The translations under genes were made by a program, and so were the position numbers. Source: Thainema sp. (lineage in GTDB: Bacteria; Cyanobacteriota; Cyanobacteriia; Phormidesmidales; Phormidesmidaceae). From it: a stretch of DNA of 64,000 bases. The notes below the pieces were generated by a model. That model saw only the letters and a program-made list of their open reading frames with translations. It did no database searches and was not told where the DNA came from. The first letter of the stretch is position 1; each line of letters begins with the position of its first letter. Positions 1 through 11,158 of this stretch are shown piece by piece. Where the stretch lies: assembly GCA_052168235.1 (NCBI GenBank), contig JBQLZK010000001.1:256001-320000 (forward strand), given 5' to 3'.

Positions 1-155
1 TCGGTATGTCCATCCAGCACGACATGTGCCCCAATCGTCGTATCTGCGCCTATGGTGACATGCTCTCCAATCACCGCGTAGGGGCCGACCTCGACGCTGG
101 GATGGAGCTTAGCGCCGGGATGAATTACCGCAGTGGAATGAATTAGAGCAGTCAA
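1..155 (-). CDS. lpxA: UDP-N-acetylglucosamine acyltransferase, 5' part (runs off window)
   Basis: Manual translation from TTG at 155 gives [30 protein letters not shown]..., the hexapeptide-repeat start of LpxA; follows fabZ in the usual lpxC-fabZ-lpxA order. Confidence 0.9.
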   Translation of the reverse strand, partial: MTALIHSTAVIHPGAKLHPSVEVGPYAVIGEHVTIGADTTIGAHVVLDGHT

Positions 156-409
156 AATTGCAACAGTTAAGGTGAAAACGACAGGCAGGAAGGGGGTTTA
201 GTGTACAAGCTAATGTGTACAAAATGAGTTGCAGTACAAACCTAGACAGCTATTCAACCAACAGTCCACCAGAAGCATACTCGATCGCATGGTTGAACGG
301 TCTTGTGGTTGCTGAATAGCAGTCTAGCTAAACGAAAGAGCAATTGGTTTGGTGGGCAATGCCCACCCCGTTAAATAGTTGACGCTCATGACTGACTTGA
401 GCCAGCATT

Positions 410-925
410 CTAGTCCAGGAACGAGAACATTAACTCGCCTTCCGCTGCCAACTGTCCATCCACTTCAGCCCGAGCCTGCATCTTGCCAAAACGACGCCGC
501 TTAATGGACAGGAGTTCCACGGTCATGATTAGCTGATCGCCGGGAACAACTGGCCGACGGAATCGGACTTTATCAATACCCGCAAAGACACAGAGCTTAT
601 TATCAACTTCGGGTAGCTGCATCAGCACCACTCCGCCAACCTGAGCCATCGCTTCCACGATCAGCACACCGGGCATCAGCGGACGACCCGGAAAGTGGCC
701 CTGGAAGTGGGGTTCGTTAAAGGTGACATTCTTCAACCCAACTGCGCTTTTACCGGGAACGAATTCCAAAATCCGATCGACCAAGGCAAACGGATAGCGG
801 TGCGGCAGCAGCTTTTGAATCTCTTCAAGCTTGAAGATGGGTTCTGTAGCAGGCTTAGAGTTTTGATCGTCTGTCATTTTAGCCTTGGACTGACTAGACG
901 AATTGACATCAACCAACGTGGACAT
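410..925 (-). CDS. fabZ: 3-hydroxyacyl-ACP dehydratase
   Basis: LPHRYPF and [19 protein letters not shown] motifs. Confidence 0.97.
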   Translation of the reverse strand: MSTLVDVNSSSQSKAKMTDDQNSKPATEPIFKLEEIQKLLPHRYPFALVDRILEFVPGKSAVGLKNVTFNEPHFQGHFPGRPLMPGVLIVEAMAQVGGVVLMQLPEVDNKLCVFAGIDKVRFRRPVVPGDQLIMTVELLSIKRRRFGKMQARAEVDGQLAAEGELMFSFLD

Positions 926-965
926 AGGTGGATTTAAGAGTGCGACGAGGACGAGGGGCGTTTAC

Positions 966-1910
966 TCAACCCGATACCATCGCAAGTTGCGATCGCACCG
1001 CTTGAACAAACTGAACATGCAGTTGATGACTTGCCTTATAGGCCACAATGTGCATACAGGGCCAATCAGCCAACAAACTAAGATCCCCTACTAAGTCTAA
1101 AAGTTTATGACGCGCTGGTTCATTTGAAAATCTCAACGGCGGATTTATCCAGCCGTTTTCGCCGCAGACCAACGCATTTTCAAGGCTTCCACCCTTAATT
1201 AATCCATTTGCCTGGAGTTGCTCAATTTGATGGGCCAAACCGAAGGTGCGCGCTGGAGCGATATCGGTAGCAAATTCCAGTTGGCTCAGATTTTGGTCAG
1301 CAATGACAGGAGACGGTGACCAACTGTGCCACTGATTACCAATTGCTGACAACTCAAAATCAATCCCGTAGGTGAACCGAGGCTCAGCGGCGGGCATACC
1401 CATGACAAAAGCGTCCCCCTGCCGCACCCAAATTGGTTCGGTGAGGGTGACCACTCGGCGAGGGGCAGATTGAGTTTGGAGTCCTACAGATGCGATTGCA
1501 CGTACCCATTCTTGAGCCGAACCATCCAGCAGCGGCAGCTCCGGCCCATTGATTTCAATGCAGGCGTTATCAATGCCTAGGCCCATCAGCGCTGCCAGCA
1601 GATGCTCCACCGTGCGGACGCTGGCGTCCCCCACAGCGAGTTCTGTAGACAGAAGAGTTTGGTGAACCGCATCCACTCGGGCCGGAATCTTAGGCGACCC
1701 CGGTAAGTCCGTGCGAACGAACCAGCGGCCTTCATCCGCTGCCGCAGGTAAAATTCGCACGGAGCTGTGCTGACCCGAATGGAGACCAATCCCGCTCTGC
1801 TCCACTGGAGTTGCGATCTCACATTGCCATGATTGAGCGAAGGCCGCCTGCATCTCACCCTGCACAGAAGTTTGAGCCTGGGGCTGGGGACTGGCGGTGT
1901 TATTGAGCAT
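966..1910 (-). CDS. lpxC: UDP-3-O-acyl-N-acetylglucosamine deacetylase
   Basis: [16 protein letters not shown] and [11 protein letters not shown] zinc motifs. Confidence 0.97.
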   Translation of the reverse strand: MLNNTASPQPQAQTSVQGEMQAAFAQSWQCEIATPVEQSGIGLHSGQHSSVRILPAAADEGRWFVRTDLPGSPKIPARVDAVHQTLLSTELAVGDASVRTVEHLLAALMGLGIDNACIEINGPELPLLDGSAQEWVRAIASVGLQTQSAPRRVVTLTEPIWVRQGDAFVMGMPAAEPRFTYGIDFELSAIGNQWHSWSPSPVIADQNLSQLEFATDIAPARTFGLAHQIEQLQANGLIKGGSLENALVCGENGWINPPLRFSNEPARHKLLDLVGDLSLLADWPCMHIVAYKASHQLHVQFVQAVRSQLAMVSG

Positions 1911-1952
1911 GAGTACTCCCTATTGATTGAGATTAATTGAGCCGAAGACTCC

Positions 1953-4286
1953 CTAGAATCTCTCACCGACCCCAAAGTGGATGCGGCTTTCTCCTTCATC
2001 GTTGAAGCCATAGTCAATCCGAATCGGGCCGAGTGGAGACTCTACCCGCACACCAACACCATAGCCAAAACCGCTACCCGGCTTACCCCGTACGCCTGCT
2101 GGATTACCGATGACGTCTTCTCCAGTGCCCAAATCGGTAGCGAAGTCAGCAAACAGTGCCCCGTCTACGATTGAAAAGATGGGGAAACGATATTCTACCG
2201 TCGCTTGCACGAAACTTTGGCCGCTGCCCACGTCACCTTCATCATAACCGCGCACGGAGCTGCTTCCCCCCAACGAGAACGCTTCATAAGGCGGGAAATC
2301 TCCCAAAATCGTGCCACCCTGAATGTTAAAGGCCAACACCTCCGGGCCTTCTTCAAACAGATCGATAAACTCGACTGGCGTGTAGTAGCTGTAGCTAGCC
2401 CGTAAACGATTGTAGAATGCCGATCCGGCTCCGAGCGGGAATGCCTGCTCTGAACCAAGCCTGAGCAGAGAACCTGAAGTCGGCTTAGTAACGTTATCCC
2501 GCAGATCGCGCACGGCTCCAAACTGGATCAGCCAGAGGTCATCTTCGCCCGTACCGCTTAAGCTGAGGTCATTTCCTAATTCATCCACGGCTACGACATC
2601 GCCATCACCATCTCGAATTGTGACGTGTTGATACTGAGCCCCGAGAGAAGCCGTCCAGCCATTATCGTAGGGACGACGGAAGCTAACTCCGCCTCCTAAA
2701 CGGTCAATCCGGGGACGATCAATATCAAACAGATCATTATCATCATCATCATCGTCGTCATCCGTATCAATAACCCCTACTTCGGGATCGCCACCGTCGA
2801 AGATGAGTGAAACCGATCGACGATTGAAGGCATTCACTGTGTAAGAGGTACGATAGGGCGCACCAGCAATCCACGGATCGGTAAAGCTGACATCAAACAG
2901 GATTTCGCGAGTACTCAACTGAAATTCAGCGCCGAGTTTTTGGTTGTTGCCGCCCAGGTTTTGCTCCTGATAGCTGACCGTTCCAAACAGATCACCGCTG
3001 GTGCTAAATCCAACCCCAGCTGCCAACGATCCGGTTTGACCTTCCACAACGTTGACAACCACGTCAACCTGACGCGGATCTTCACCCGGTTCTAGGGAAA
3101 GCCGCACGTCATCAAAAATGCCTAGGCCAAAGACGTTTTGCAAGTCTTGCTGGATTTGAGCTTGATTAAAGACATCACCCGATTCTGAACGGAACTCGCG
3201 CGTAATAATGAAATCACGGGTTCGCCCATCAATTGGCTCCCCATCTTCATCAGTATCGTTGCCGTCTTCGTCAATAAACCGAACGCGAATATCCTCAATG
3301 ACACCCTCAGCCACCACAAAGGTGACGGTACCATCATCGGCAATCTCAGGCGCATCCGTGACCTGCGCAAGCACATAGCCATTCTCTTGATACCATTCGT
3401 TGACGGTTTGAATGCCTCGCTGCAGATCGCGCAGATTCAAAATTTGGCCGTATTGGTCAGAAAAAGCTTCTTGAACAACTTCTTCCGGCAGAACTTGGGC
3501 ATTCTCAAATTGAACCTGAGTCAGCACTGGGTTGGGCTGCACTGCAAAGGTGACGCGTACACCCAGTGGGGTATCTTCGGGGATGGCCTGAACGTTGGAG
3601 AAGAAACCCGTGGAAAAAATGGCGTTGATGTCTTCCTGCAACCGCGATCGCGTTGTGGTTTGGCCAGCTTGAGTCTGAATCACGCTGTAAACTTCAGCCT
3701 CTAGCTGCGGATCAAGCGGTTCTGTGCGAGTACTCACGACATCAACTTCAGAAATAAGAACCCGTGGCTCAGTTTCTGCTTCGCCTGTATCTGGCGTATC
3801 CGGCAGGGCTGGAGCAGGCGCTGGCGTGTCATCTAAATCCGGAAACAGTGGTTCATCTCTAGATGGCCCCAGCTCAACATCATCCGCTTCTTCATCAATC
3901 GTTTCATCCAGATTGATGTCAACCTCGTCATCAGCACCATCCGTTTCTTCAGCTTCGATTTCCAGCTCCAGCTCATCATTTTCATCATCAACAGGAAAGG
4001 TATCCCGCTCTAGCTGGACATCGACATCGACTTCATCATTGTCGTCATTGAGGTCTTCTAGCTCAACTTCCGGATCATCTTCAACCGGCTCAGCCTCTAT
4101 TTCAGGATCAAGCTGGGGCGGTGTTTCAGGAACGTCCTGAGCAAGGTCAAACACAGATGAAGTCGTTTGCCCAATACCTGTGGGAGGAACAGTTTGTCCA
4201 TTTACCGAACTGGCAAAGCCTGCTGTAGCAGCCGCCGACAAAATCGCTACTAGAACTGGAGATAGGCGCATTGTAATTTGATCCAT
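1953..4286 (-). CDS. bamA: BamA/Omp85 outer membrane protein with a long acidic N-terminus
   Basis: Signal peptide, POTRA-like segments, VRGY motif, C-terminal HFGVGERF; purC-omp85-lpxC context typical of cyanobacteria. Confidence 0.92.
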   Translation of the reverse strand: MDQITMRLSPVLVAILSAAATAGFASSVNGQTVPPTGIGQTTSSVFDLAQDVPETPPQLDPEIEAEPVEDDPEVELEDLNDDNDEVDVDVQLERDTFPVDDENDELELEIEAEETDGADDEVDINLDETIDEEADDVELGPSRDEPLFPDLDDTPAPAPALPDTPDTGEAETEPRVLISEVDVVSTRTEPLDPQLEAEVYSVIQTQAGQTTTRSRLQEDINAIFSTGFFSNVQAIPEDTPLGVRVTFAVQPNPVLTQVQFENAQVLPEEVVQEAFSDQYGQILNLRDLQRGIQTVNEWYQENGYVLAQVTDAPEIADDGTVTFVVAEGVIEDIRVRFIDEDGNDTDEDGEPIDGRTRDFIITREFRSESGDVFNQAQIQQDLQNVFGLGIFDDVRLSLEPGEDPRQVDVVVNVVEGQTGSLAAGVGFSTSGDLFGTVSYQEQNLGGNNQKLGAEFQLSTREILFDVSFTDPWIAGAPYRTSYTVNAFNRRSVSLIFDGGDPEVGVIDTDDDDDDDDNDLFDIDRPRIDRLGGGVSFRRPYDNGWTASLGAQYQHVTIRDGDGDVVAVDELGNDLSLSGTGEDDLWLIQFGAVRDLRDNVTKPTSGSLLRLGSEQAFPLGAGSAFYNRLRASYSYYTPVEFIDLFEEGPEVLAFNIQGGTILGDFPPYEAFSLGGSSSVRGYDEGDVGSGQSFVQATVEYRFPIFSIVDGALFADFATDLGTGEDVIGNPAGVRGKPGSGFGYGVGVRVESPLGPIRIDYGFNDEGESRIHFGVGERF

Positions 4287-4429
4287 CCCTTAAAAACTCC
4301 ACACACCAGACCCAACACTGGGCACTGAAACAGGTGTATCTGATACTCGCTGAGCTATGCACAGCACACCTAGGTACAAGCCAAAATAAACTCAACGATT
4401 TTACCGCATTTGTGGTAATCCGCAGTGGT

Positions 4430-5158
4430 TTAGATGGTTTGAGCAAGTACTCGCTCTAGTACCTGTTGATAAGCATCTTCGATACCGCCTAAATCCTGAC
4501 GAAATCGGTCTTTGTCCATGACGCGACTTTGGGGATCAGTTTCGGCCTGATTCCATAAGCGGCAGGTATCTGGACTGATTTCATCGGCGAGCAACAGGCG
4601 CTGCTGGGAATCTAAACCAAACTCCAGCTTGAAATCGACTAAGGTAATACCGCACTGTTGAAAGAACTTCGACAAGATGTCGTTGATCTGTAGCGCGGCT
4701 GACTTTAGCTGATCGAGCTGTTCGGCAGAAACGATGTCCATGAGTAAAATGCGATCGCGCGTGAGCAACGGGTCGCCCAGGTCATCATTTTTAAAGTAGA
4801 AATCTACCAGCGGCTGTTTCAAAATCGTGCCCAATGTCAATCCAGTCTGTTGACAGAGACTACCTGCTGCAATGTTCCTGACAACGACCTCAAGTGGCAC
4901 AATTTTGACTGGTCTAACCAGCATGTCGGTTTCGCTGGGCGTTTCAATCCAGTGCGTGGCAACCCCTTGAGACTCCAGCAGCTTAAACAAATGGGTCGAA
5001 ATGGCGCAGTTCATGCGACCTTTGCCAACAATCTGGCCTCGCTTTTTAGCATTAAAAGCCGTAGCGTCATCTTTAAAGCGAGACAGCAACACCTCTGGGT
5101 CATCGGTCGCATAAATAATCTTGGCTTTCCCTTCGTATAGTCGTTCTGTTGTGGTCAT
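4430..5158 (-). CDS. purC: Phosphoribosylaminoimidazolesuccinocarboxamide synthase
   Basis: LYEGKAK, DFKLEFG, LADEISPDTCRLW, DKDRFR; start placed at ATG 5158. Confidence 0.97.
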   Translation of the reverse strand: MTTTERLYEGKAKIIYATDDPEVLLSRFKDDATAFNAKKRGQIVGKGRMNCAISTHLFKLLESQGVATHWIETPSETDMLVRPVKIVPLEVVVRNIAAGSLCQQTGLTLGTILKQPLVDFYFKNDDLGDPLLTRDRILLMDIVSAEQLDQLKSAALQINDILSKFFQQCGITLVDFKLEFGLDSQQRLLLADEISPDTCRLWNQAETDPQSRVMDKDRFRQDLGGIEDAYQQVLERVLAQTI

Positions 5159-5387
5159 TTTCTGCTGCCTTCCTTTAAAACCCCAATTATGGGCGCAAAA
5201 ATCCAAGCTTTATTATCCCAATGTTTTCAGTTTTCACAATTCAAACCGAATTTGAGCGAGGGGCAATCAGCGGCTGCCAACTGAAAAGAACTTCCGCCAC
5301 AAGTTAAGAAAAAGTTAACAAGCTGTTTAGAAATATCGAATTGTAAGGATAGCAACTACTCTGTCGCTTCATCTGTTCGACCATAAA

Positions 5388-5420
5388 GGCGTAACTCCTA
5401 TCTCATGGGAGTTACGCGCC
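5388..5420. other. Stem-loop in intergenic region
   Basis: GGCGTAACTCC-tatctcatg-GGAGTTACGCGCC inverted repeat. Confidence 0.5.
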
Positions 5421-5896
5421 TCCCTTCCTATGTGGCATATATGAAAATCACCAATAACCATGCCGTATAAAGAACCATGAAATATGCTTGAGATCACAAC
5501 ACAAGGTTAAGAGCAGGTTAAACTAAGGTTGTAAGCGCTTTAATACATGGTTGGCACTGTCTAAGTTTGCTGCTATCCATTGCATAGTCAACTCATCAGC
5601 GCGATGCAGAGCCGTTAATTTCGATCCGATACCGATTTAAAGTCATGCCACCTGGTCATGCCATCTGGGCATTCTTTAAAAGAGAAGGTCGAATATCTGA
5701 GGCGCTGGTAAGCATAACGATGATCGCTGATCGATCACCTCAATAACTGAATAACTCAATTACCTAAACTCAAGTTTGCCGATTGCAAACGTAGTTGCAA
5801 ATTTATATGGCTCGTTTATCAACAGGTCAGCCCCTTAGCTGGCTCAACCCAACCAACAGTTCTTGATATTGCATTTAACTCAGGACGGATTTTAAA

Positions 5897-6130
5897 ATGA
5901 CCTACGCTGAAAACTTCCTTTATCCCTATCGCCGCTATCGGGGGGCTGTGAAGCCCGAAAACCTAGTGTTTGATGCCAATTTGCAAGAGTTCTCTCAGCG
6001 CGTTAGCTTTATCTGCAATTTGGAAAACAACGGTAAGCTGTCGCCGGAAGATGCCTTTAAACAAATCCAGCAGCTTTGGACTAGTCTAGATCGCAGCCGG
6101 CAACAGCTTGGCATTCAAGCAAGCGATTAA
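5897..6130 (+). CDS. Small conserved cyanobacterial hypothetical protein
   Basis: FLYP..RYRG...PENLVFDANLQEFSQRV signature recalled from small cyanobacterial proteins. Confidence 0.8.
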   Translation: MTYAENFLYPYRRYRGAVKPENLVFDANLQEFSQRVSFICNLENNGKLSPEDAFKQIQQLWTSLDRSRQQLGIQASD

Positions 6131-6169
6131 GGGTGAACGATCCAGTGGGTGTTTAGATCAGAATCAGGT

Positions 6170-6997
6170 TTAGATTGGAATCTCGGTGTAGTGAAAGGTA
6201 TAACCAGCTTGCCTTAACTTTTGATTCGAGACTTTGGCGTTATACGGGCGACGGTTGGGTTGGGACGCATCCCAGGTCGCAGGCGGCAAATTGTACTGAG
6301 TGAAGACCCGATCCAGTAGTTCGCCTGTCTTGAGTGGAACATCGTGAACCAGATTATAAATACCATTGAGTTGATGGGTGCGCGCAAATGCGATCGCACC
6401 CACGATATCGTCTAAGTGAATCCAGTTGCTGGCGTCCTGACCATCTCCGGGTCGCACTGAACCCGCTGCCCGCCGAAAAATATTGACGATTTCGCGACCC
6501 GGCCCACAGATACCGCCCAAGCGAAAGACGCAAACGGAGCGCTGAGGCGTAGCCGCCGATAGCAAAATCTGCTCAGTTTCCACCAAAATTTCGCCATTGC
6601 GGTTAGCGGGGTTGACTGGCGTAGACTCATCTACCCAGTTGCCCTGCTGATCGCCATAGACGGCGTAGCTGCCCGTGTAAATAACCTGCTGTACGGTGGT
6701 GGTGTTTTCCAGGGCCTGCACGAGCGTTTGAGCCGTTTTCAGATAGGTCGCTTCATAGGCTTCAGCATCACCACGGGGCGCACCCACGCTGAGCAGAACG
6801 GTGTCTTGGTGTTGCAATAGCGATCGCAGTTTTTCTAAATCATCGCCCTGCCACAGTACGGCTTGATCCACCTGAGCTTCGAGTTCTGGGAGGCGCTCCG
6901 GTGTGGTCGTGGTTGCCGTAACCGTAATGCCGTCTGCCTTCCAATGCTGAGCCATAGCTTTACCCACGTAGCCACAGCCCAAAATAATTGCGTTCAT
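6170..6997 (-). CDS. NAD-dependent epimerase/dehydratase (extended SDR)
   Basis: N-terminal GCGYVG Rossmann motif, VYGD, WIHLDD. Confidence 0.9.
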   Translation of the reverse strand: MNAIILGCGYVGKAMAQHWKADGITVTATTTTPERLPELEAQVDQAVLWQGDDLEKLRSLLQHQDTVLLSVGAPRGDAEAYEATYLKTAQTLVQALENTTTVQQVIYTGSYAVYGDQQGNWVDESTPVNPANRNGEILVETEQILLSAATPQRSVCVFRLGGICGPGREIVNIFRRAAGSVRPGDGQDASNWIHLDDIVGAIAFARTHQLNGIYNLVHDVPLKTGELLDRVFTQYNLPPATWDASQPNRRPYNAKVSNQKLRQAGYTFHYTEIPI

Positions 6998-7067
6998 CAG
7001 TTTTGCCCGTAATCTTGTCCGTCTTGTTCACTTACAGCAGTCGATTTCATATTGTGCCCTAAAACCC

Positions 7068-7110
7068 CAAAAGCAGGAAAGCGCCGTGGCACAGCGCTTT
7101 CCTGCTTTTG
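7068..7110 (-). terminator. Hairpin downstream of dedA, likely terminator
   Basis: CAAAAGCAGGAAAGCGC...GCGCTTTCCTGCTTTTG inverted repeat. Confidence 0.6.
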
Positions 7111-7113
7111 AAA

Positions 7114-7171
7114 TTGGTTAAGACATTTTTGTGGCGTGGCGGACCGCGCCACAAAAATGTCCCTGTCCTAA
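7114..7171 (-). repeat. Palindromic repeat family A, partial reverse copy
   Basis: GACATTTTTGTGGCG..CGCCACAAAAATGTC core matches the copies at ~20.0 and ~40.4 kb. Confidence 0.75.
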
Positions 7172-7791
7172 GATTCGGATTGGCGACTGCGGGATTCGAG
7201 CCAGATGGGAATTGAGATCGCAGCCACGACCAAAATCAAGGCCAGAACTGCGAACTGCGCCACCCAGGCCACAAGCTGCTCCAGCGATACCACGCGACCC
7301 ACAAAGTAGGCCAAGCTGATCATAATTGAGGCCCAAGTTGCCGCTCCGGCAAAGTTGCAGAGCAGGAAGAGGGGATAGGGCATCCGGGCGATGCCCGCCA
7401 GCGGCCCCGCAAAAATTCTCAGCAGGGCGATAAATCGTCCCAGAAAGACGGCACGAGCTGCGTTTTTACTGAACTGGTTGCGGACTTGATGCAGCCGTTC
7501 TTCATCCACACGGAAGATTTTGCCAATGCGGCGCAGCAGCGGCCAGCCGCCCCAAAATCCTAGCCAGTAACCAAAATTGTCTCCTAATACTGCACCTGCG
7601 ATCGCACAACCTAACACGTACCAGTAGTTCAACTCGTCACTGCCGGCCAGAAAGCCACCGACGAGGCTAATGGTTTCACCGGGCACAGGTAGGCCCGTAT
7701 TTTCCAGCATGATGCCGATGAAGATTGTCCAATATCCGTAGGCTTGAGCTAAATCTTTAATTGTGTCTAAAGAGACAAATTCGAGGGACAT
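7168..7791 (-). CDS. DedA family membrane protein
   Basis: LENTGLPVPGE, GDNFGYWLG and GRFIALLR motifs. Confidence 0.93.
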   Translation of the reverse strand: MSLEFVSLDTIKDLAQAYGYWTIFIGIMLENTGLPVPGETISLVGGFLAGSDELNYWYVLGCAIAGAVLGDNFGYWLGFWGGWPLLRRIGKIFRVDEERLHQVRNQFSKNAARAVFLGRFIALLRIFAGPLAGIARMPYPLFLLCNFAGAATWASIMISLAYFVGRVVSLEQLVAWVAQFAVLALILVVAAISIPIWLESRSRQSES

Positions 7792-8295
7792 GCAGTGCAG
7801 CCTTTACAAACGTTTACCCTTTTCTCATCCTGACGCAATTCTAAGGCGAGTGTCAATGCAAACCCTTACTCCATCACAGATTCCATGAATCTGCCGCTAG
7901 AAATGCAAAGTTGTTGCAATGTTTCCGGTGTCGTCTACACGCCCTGACGATATGTCTGCGATTTCAGGACTGCAATCGTACGCTTAGCGTTCCCTGATTT
8001 ATCCGCTAAGAACACAGCAGCTTACTTGCGATCGCGCATCGTCTCACGCTATCAACACCAACATTTGATACCAAATCCGTTTCTATTTCTAAAAATCAGG
8101 TGATTGTTCTGTGACAAACAGTTCACTACCTGATGCCAGATTGATCGTTGGATTTAGCCTGGTGTCATATTAGATGCTGTGCTGGGATCGATCATAACGC
8201 TTTTCTTGCCTAGCGTTTAGCCACAGCCATGCCCTCGTTACAGAATTAGCGGTTACATACGAACACAAGACGAACACCAGACGAACATAAACAAG

Positions 8296-8326
8296 AAGGA
8301 CGAGCTTGCAGGTCTAGCTCGTCCTT
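8296..8326 (-). terminator. Hairpin downstream of the coiled-coil gene
   Basis: AAGGACGAGCT...AGCTCGTCCTT inverted repeat. Confidence 0.55.
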
Positions 8327-8433
8327 AAATAAAGTACGGATTAAGTGTGGATCAAAGTCGCAATGATTGAGCAATCGAAGGTGCGATCGCAGTAGAGCAG
8401 TTTAGATCAGGAGCAACGGTCTACCTAGTGGGC

Positions 8434-8991
8434 TTAGACATTGCCAAACTTGGGCATAACTGGCGCGCCGCCATGCGGGCGGGGGAAATCGGGCAGGTCG
8501 AGCCGACTGGTGCGACGTGTCCGCACAGCCAGCCGATAGCTGACGCTTTGGAGTTCAGCATGAAGCTGACGATTTTCGCGCTGAATAGCCGCCACTTTTT
8601 CCTTGATCGGGGCCATCCGCTCAGCAAATTTCTTGCGGTAAATACCCGGTAGCTCCTGCACCACCTGTTCCAACATGCGGGAGCGATCGGTGAGTTCCTG
8701 CACCGACTGCCGCAGCTGATAAATCTCAGAATCGCGGGATGAAATTTGGTCTTGGTAAAACTCAACCTGTTGCTCAAAGCCTTGGAGCTGTTCGCGCAGT
8801 GCCCGCACTTCGGCCTTGTGCTGCTCAGACACTTCGGGATTGGGCAGAAAGTTAGTGTTACCCTTCACCAAGCGAAAGAGTTCTTGGGAAAGCTGCTGAA
8901 CGAGCTGATCGCGGAGTTTCAGCTCTTCCTGCAAGCGGAGCAACTCCGCCGATAGGTCTTGCGAGTGAGTAGAATTAACCGTTCGGATCAC
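8434..8991 (-). CDS. Conserved cyanobacterial coiled-coil protein (Npun_F5560-like)
   Basis: RDQLVQQLSQELFRLVKGN segment; heptad-rich; family label from memory. Confidence 0.75.
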   Translation of the reverse strand: MIRTVNSTHSQDLSAELLRLQEELKLRDQLVQQLSQELFRLVKGNTNFLPNPEVSEQHKAEVRALREQLQGFEQQVEFYQDQISSRDSEIYQLRQSVQELTDRSRMLEQVVQELPGIYRKKFAERMAPIKEKVAAIQRENRQLHAELQSVSYRLAVRTRRTSRLDLPDFPRPHGGAPVMPKFGNV

Positions 8992-9211
8992 GTTACTGCT
9001 CCAATCCTATGCTTTTCGTGGGCGTTTATGAGTTGTCATTGAGTTGCCAGATAATGTACCACCGATATCTGGAAACGGAGAACATATTAGCGCTGATTGT
9101 AAAAATGCGATCGCATTTTCGCTTTAAATTTCTCGATTATTCACGCATCAACCTTTAACCTGGCAGTTGCAGGATTCAGAGCATTGGTTAAGAAACATTT
9201 GGCAGGCTACT

Positions 9212-11158
9212 CTAGCTGGGCAGAATTTGTGCTCCTGCTAACTGCTGTAGTTTGCGTTTAAGAGCAGATCGTTCCTCAGTCAGCAGCAGCATATATGTCT
9301 CCCCAGGCATAGAAATATCCTCAGCCACCTGCTGGATTAGCTTTCGGTCTTTTTCGGCATCGCTATCGTCAATCGTGAACTGTTTAGTCTGGAACGCTAA
9401 GACGTAGAAGGGCTGATCTGGAAAATGCTGTACTACTTTTTGAGCTAGATAGGCCGCTTGAATGGCGGAATATTGACTGAGATGATCTTGAAGCTCGCTA
9501 AGCTGCTCTGGTGTGATTTTGGCTTGGACAAACGAATCTGACGAACGTACATAGGAACGTTCGTGACGTGCCTGTTTCACTAACTCATACTGTTTCTGCG
9601 CCTTCTCCATATAGCGAGCGGCAGCTTCTTCTCCAGCCTTTGTCTGAATAAACGCATGAATCTGAGCTGCACCTGTAGCAAAGATGTCCAAGTCGTACAT
9701 CATTGCCTTTTCCAGATAGCGAATGCCAACCTTGTTGCCCTGCTCAAGCAGAATTTCACCCGCTAGCTGATTTGCGCCAGTGTGATTTGGTGCATCTTTC
9801 AGAACTTGTTTCAGGTAGGGAATTGCCTCCTGCGGGGTTTTGAACTCAGCCGTCAGGGCAGCTAGTTGCCAAGCATTATTGGTTGAAAGCGGCCCGTTAA
9901 GAGTGCGCTGCTCCAAGGTTTCCATTTGATGACGGAGTTGCTGCTGTTCGGTGTAGCGGGCTTTCCAACGGGCAGCAATGGACTGCTGCCAGGTTTGATC
10001 AAAGTGACCAACGATATAGGGTAGTGCGTTCCCGAGATATTGGATAGCTGCTGATGCCTTAGAGGAACGCAGCCAGTCCATCGCCTGATCGGGAGGGCAA
10101 CCCAGGGCTTGCAGGCGCTCCCTTAAACAAGGATGGGTATCGTCTGTAGTTGTATCAACATCCAAAGCCTGTTTTAGCCAAGACTGTGCTTCAAACTGAT
10201 TCAGATCACGCTGCATAAAGTCCGGTAATGATGTGTAAGGCTGGGGCGGATCAACTTGCGAATCCGCTTGTTTGGCCAGGTCATCCCAAAAATTGCTGAA
10301 AACATGCCCCCCCTTGATTTGTAGGTTCACTAGCGCAGAAGCAAGATTTTTAGCACCCGCGAGTTTGGCTGCATAGCGATCGGCTTCATACTCATCCGCT
10401 CTAGCCAGCACAAAGGAGTAGGCCGCAAAGAAGGGCACATACCAGTTGAAGAAGGTCACAAAGATGGTGATGCCCAAAATGCTTGCGATCGCAATCACAC
10501 TATGGGCAGGCTGATGAGCTGCGTTTTGAAATCCCTCCAGAATCTGAAACCAGGTTTTACGAATCCGATAAATCCAGTGACCAAACTGTCCATGCCGCCG
10601 CGAAAGATGTCCTAGTTCATGAGCCAATACTGCCCGAAATTGTGACGGACTCAAGGTTTGCATCAGCGGCAACCCGACAATTAGATAATTCCGATAGCCT
10701 CCGAAGACACCAAACCGAGGGACTTGCGCAACGGCTGCATTGAGTTCATCTGTAATCAAAATTTGATGAAAATCCGGCGTTTTTAACTCACGTCGAAGTT
10801 CTTTCACGAGCTGATAGAGCTTAGGCACTTGCTTGGGGTTAACTTCTAACCCTGTTGGTGGCGGCACATGAACCCACAGCGCCTCAATCACAATAAAACT
10901 CAATACAACAGGTACACCAACGGTAAATAGCAGTAGCACTGTTTTGAGACGGATGCTACGCACAGATTGAACCAATTCCCACAGATGGGGCCAGATGAGC
11001 GCTATCCCGCCCCACACAATAGCTAAGACGATAAAAATGTAGGCATAGCCCAAAACGGCTAGCAGGGCAACGCGGAATTTGTAACTACCTGGGTTCTTTT
11101 TTGCCAGTTGTTCTAGTTTCCGCACTAAGGCATCAAATTCGGTAACTGTGATTCCCAT
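9212..11158 (-). CDS. M48 family zinc metalloprotease with C-terminal TPR-like region
   Basis: N-terminal TM helices, HELGH (HExxH), EYEAD, THP motif. Confidence 0.88.
   Translation of the reverse strand: MGITVTEFDALVRKLEQLAKKNPGSYKFRVALLAVLGYAYIFIVLAIVWGGIALIWPHLWELVQSVRSIRLKTVLLLFTVGVPVVLSFIVIEALWVHVPPPTGLEVNPKQVPKLYQLVKELRRELKTPDFHQILITDELNAAVAQVPRFGVFGGYRNYLIVGLPLMQTLSPSQFRAVLAHELGHLSRRHGQFGHWIYRIRKTWFQILEGFQNAAHQPAHSVIAIASILGITIFVTFFNWYVPFFAAYSFVLARADEYEADRYAAKLAGAKNLASALVNLQIKGGHVFSNFWDDLAKQADSQVDPPQPYTSLPDFMQRDLNQFEAQSWLKQALDVDTTTDDTHPCLRERLQALGCPPDQAMDWLRSSKASAAIQYLGNALPYIVGHFDQTWQQSIAARWKARYTEQQQLRHQMETLEQRTLNGPLSTNNAWQLAALTAEFKTPQEAIPYLKQVLKDAPNHTGANQLAGEILLEQGNKVGIRYLEKAMMYDLDIFATGAAQIHAFIQTKAGEEAAARYMEKAQKQYELVKQARHERSYVRSSDSFVQAKITPEQLSELQDHLSQYSAIQAAYLAQKVVQHFPDQPFYVLAFQTKQFTIDDSDAEKDRKLIQQVAEDISMPGETYMLLLTEERSALKRKLQQLAGAQILPS

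Noticed and set aside
3724..4140. Ser-rich antisense ORF (also 61352-62203 and 56357-56824)
   Set aside because: Shadow frames of acidic or pentapeptide-repeat genes on the opposite strand
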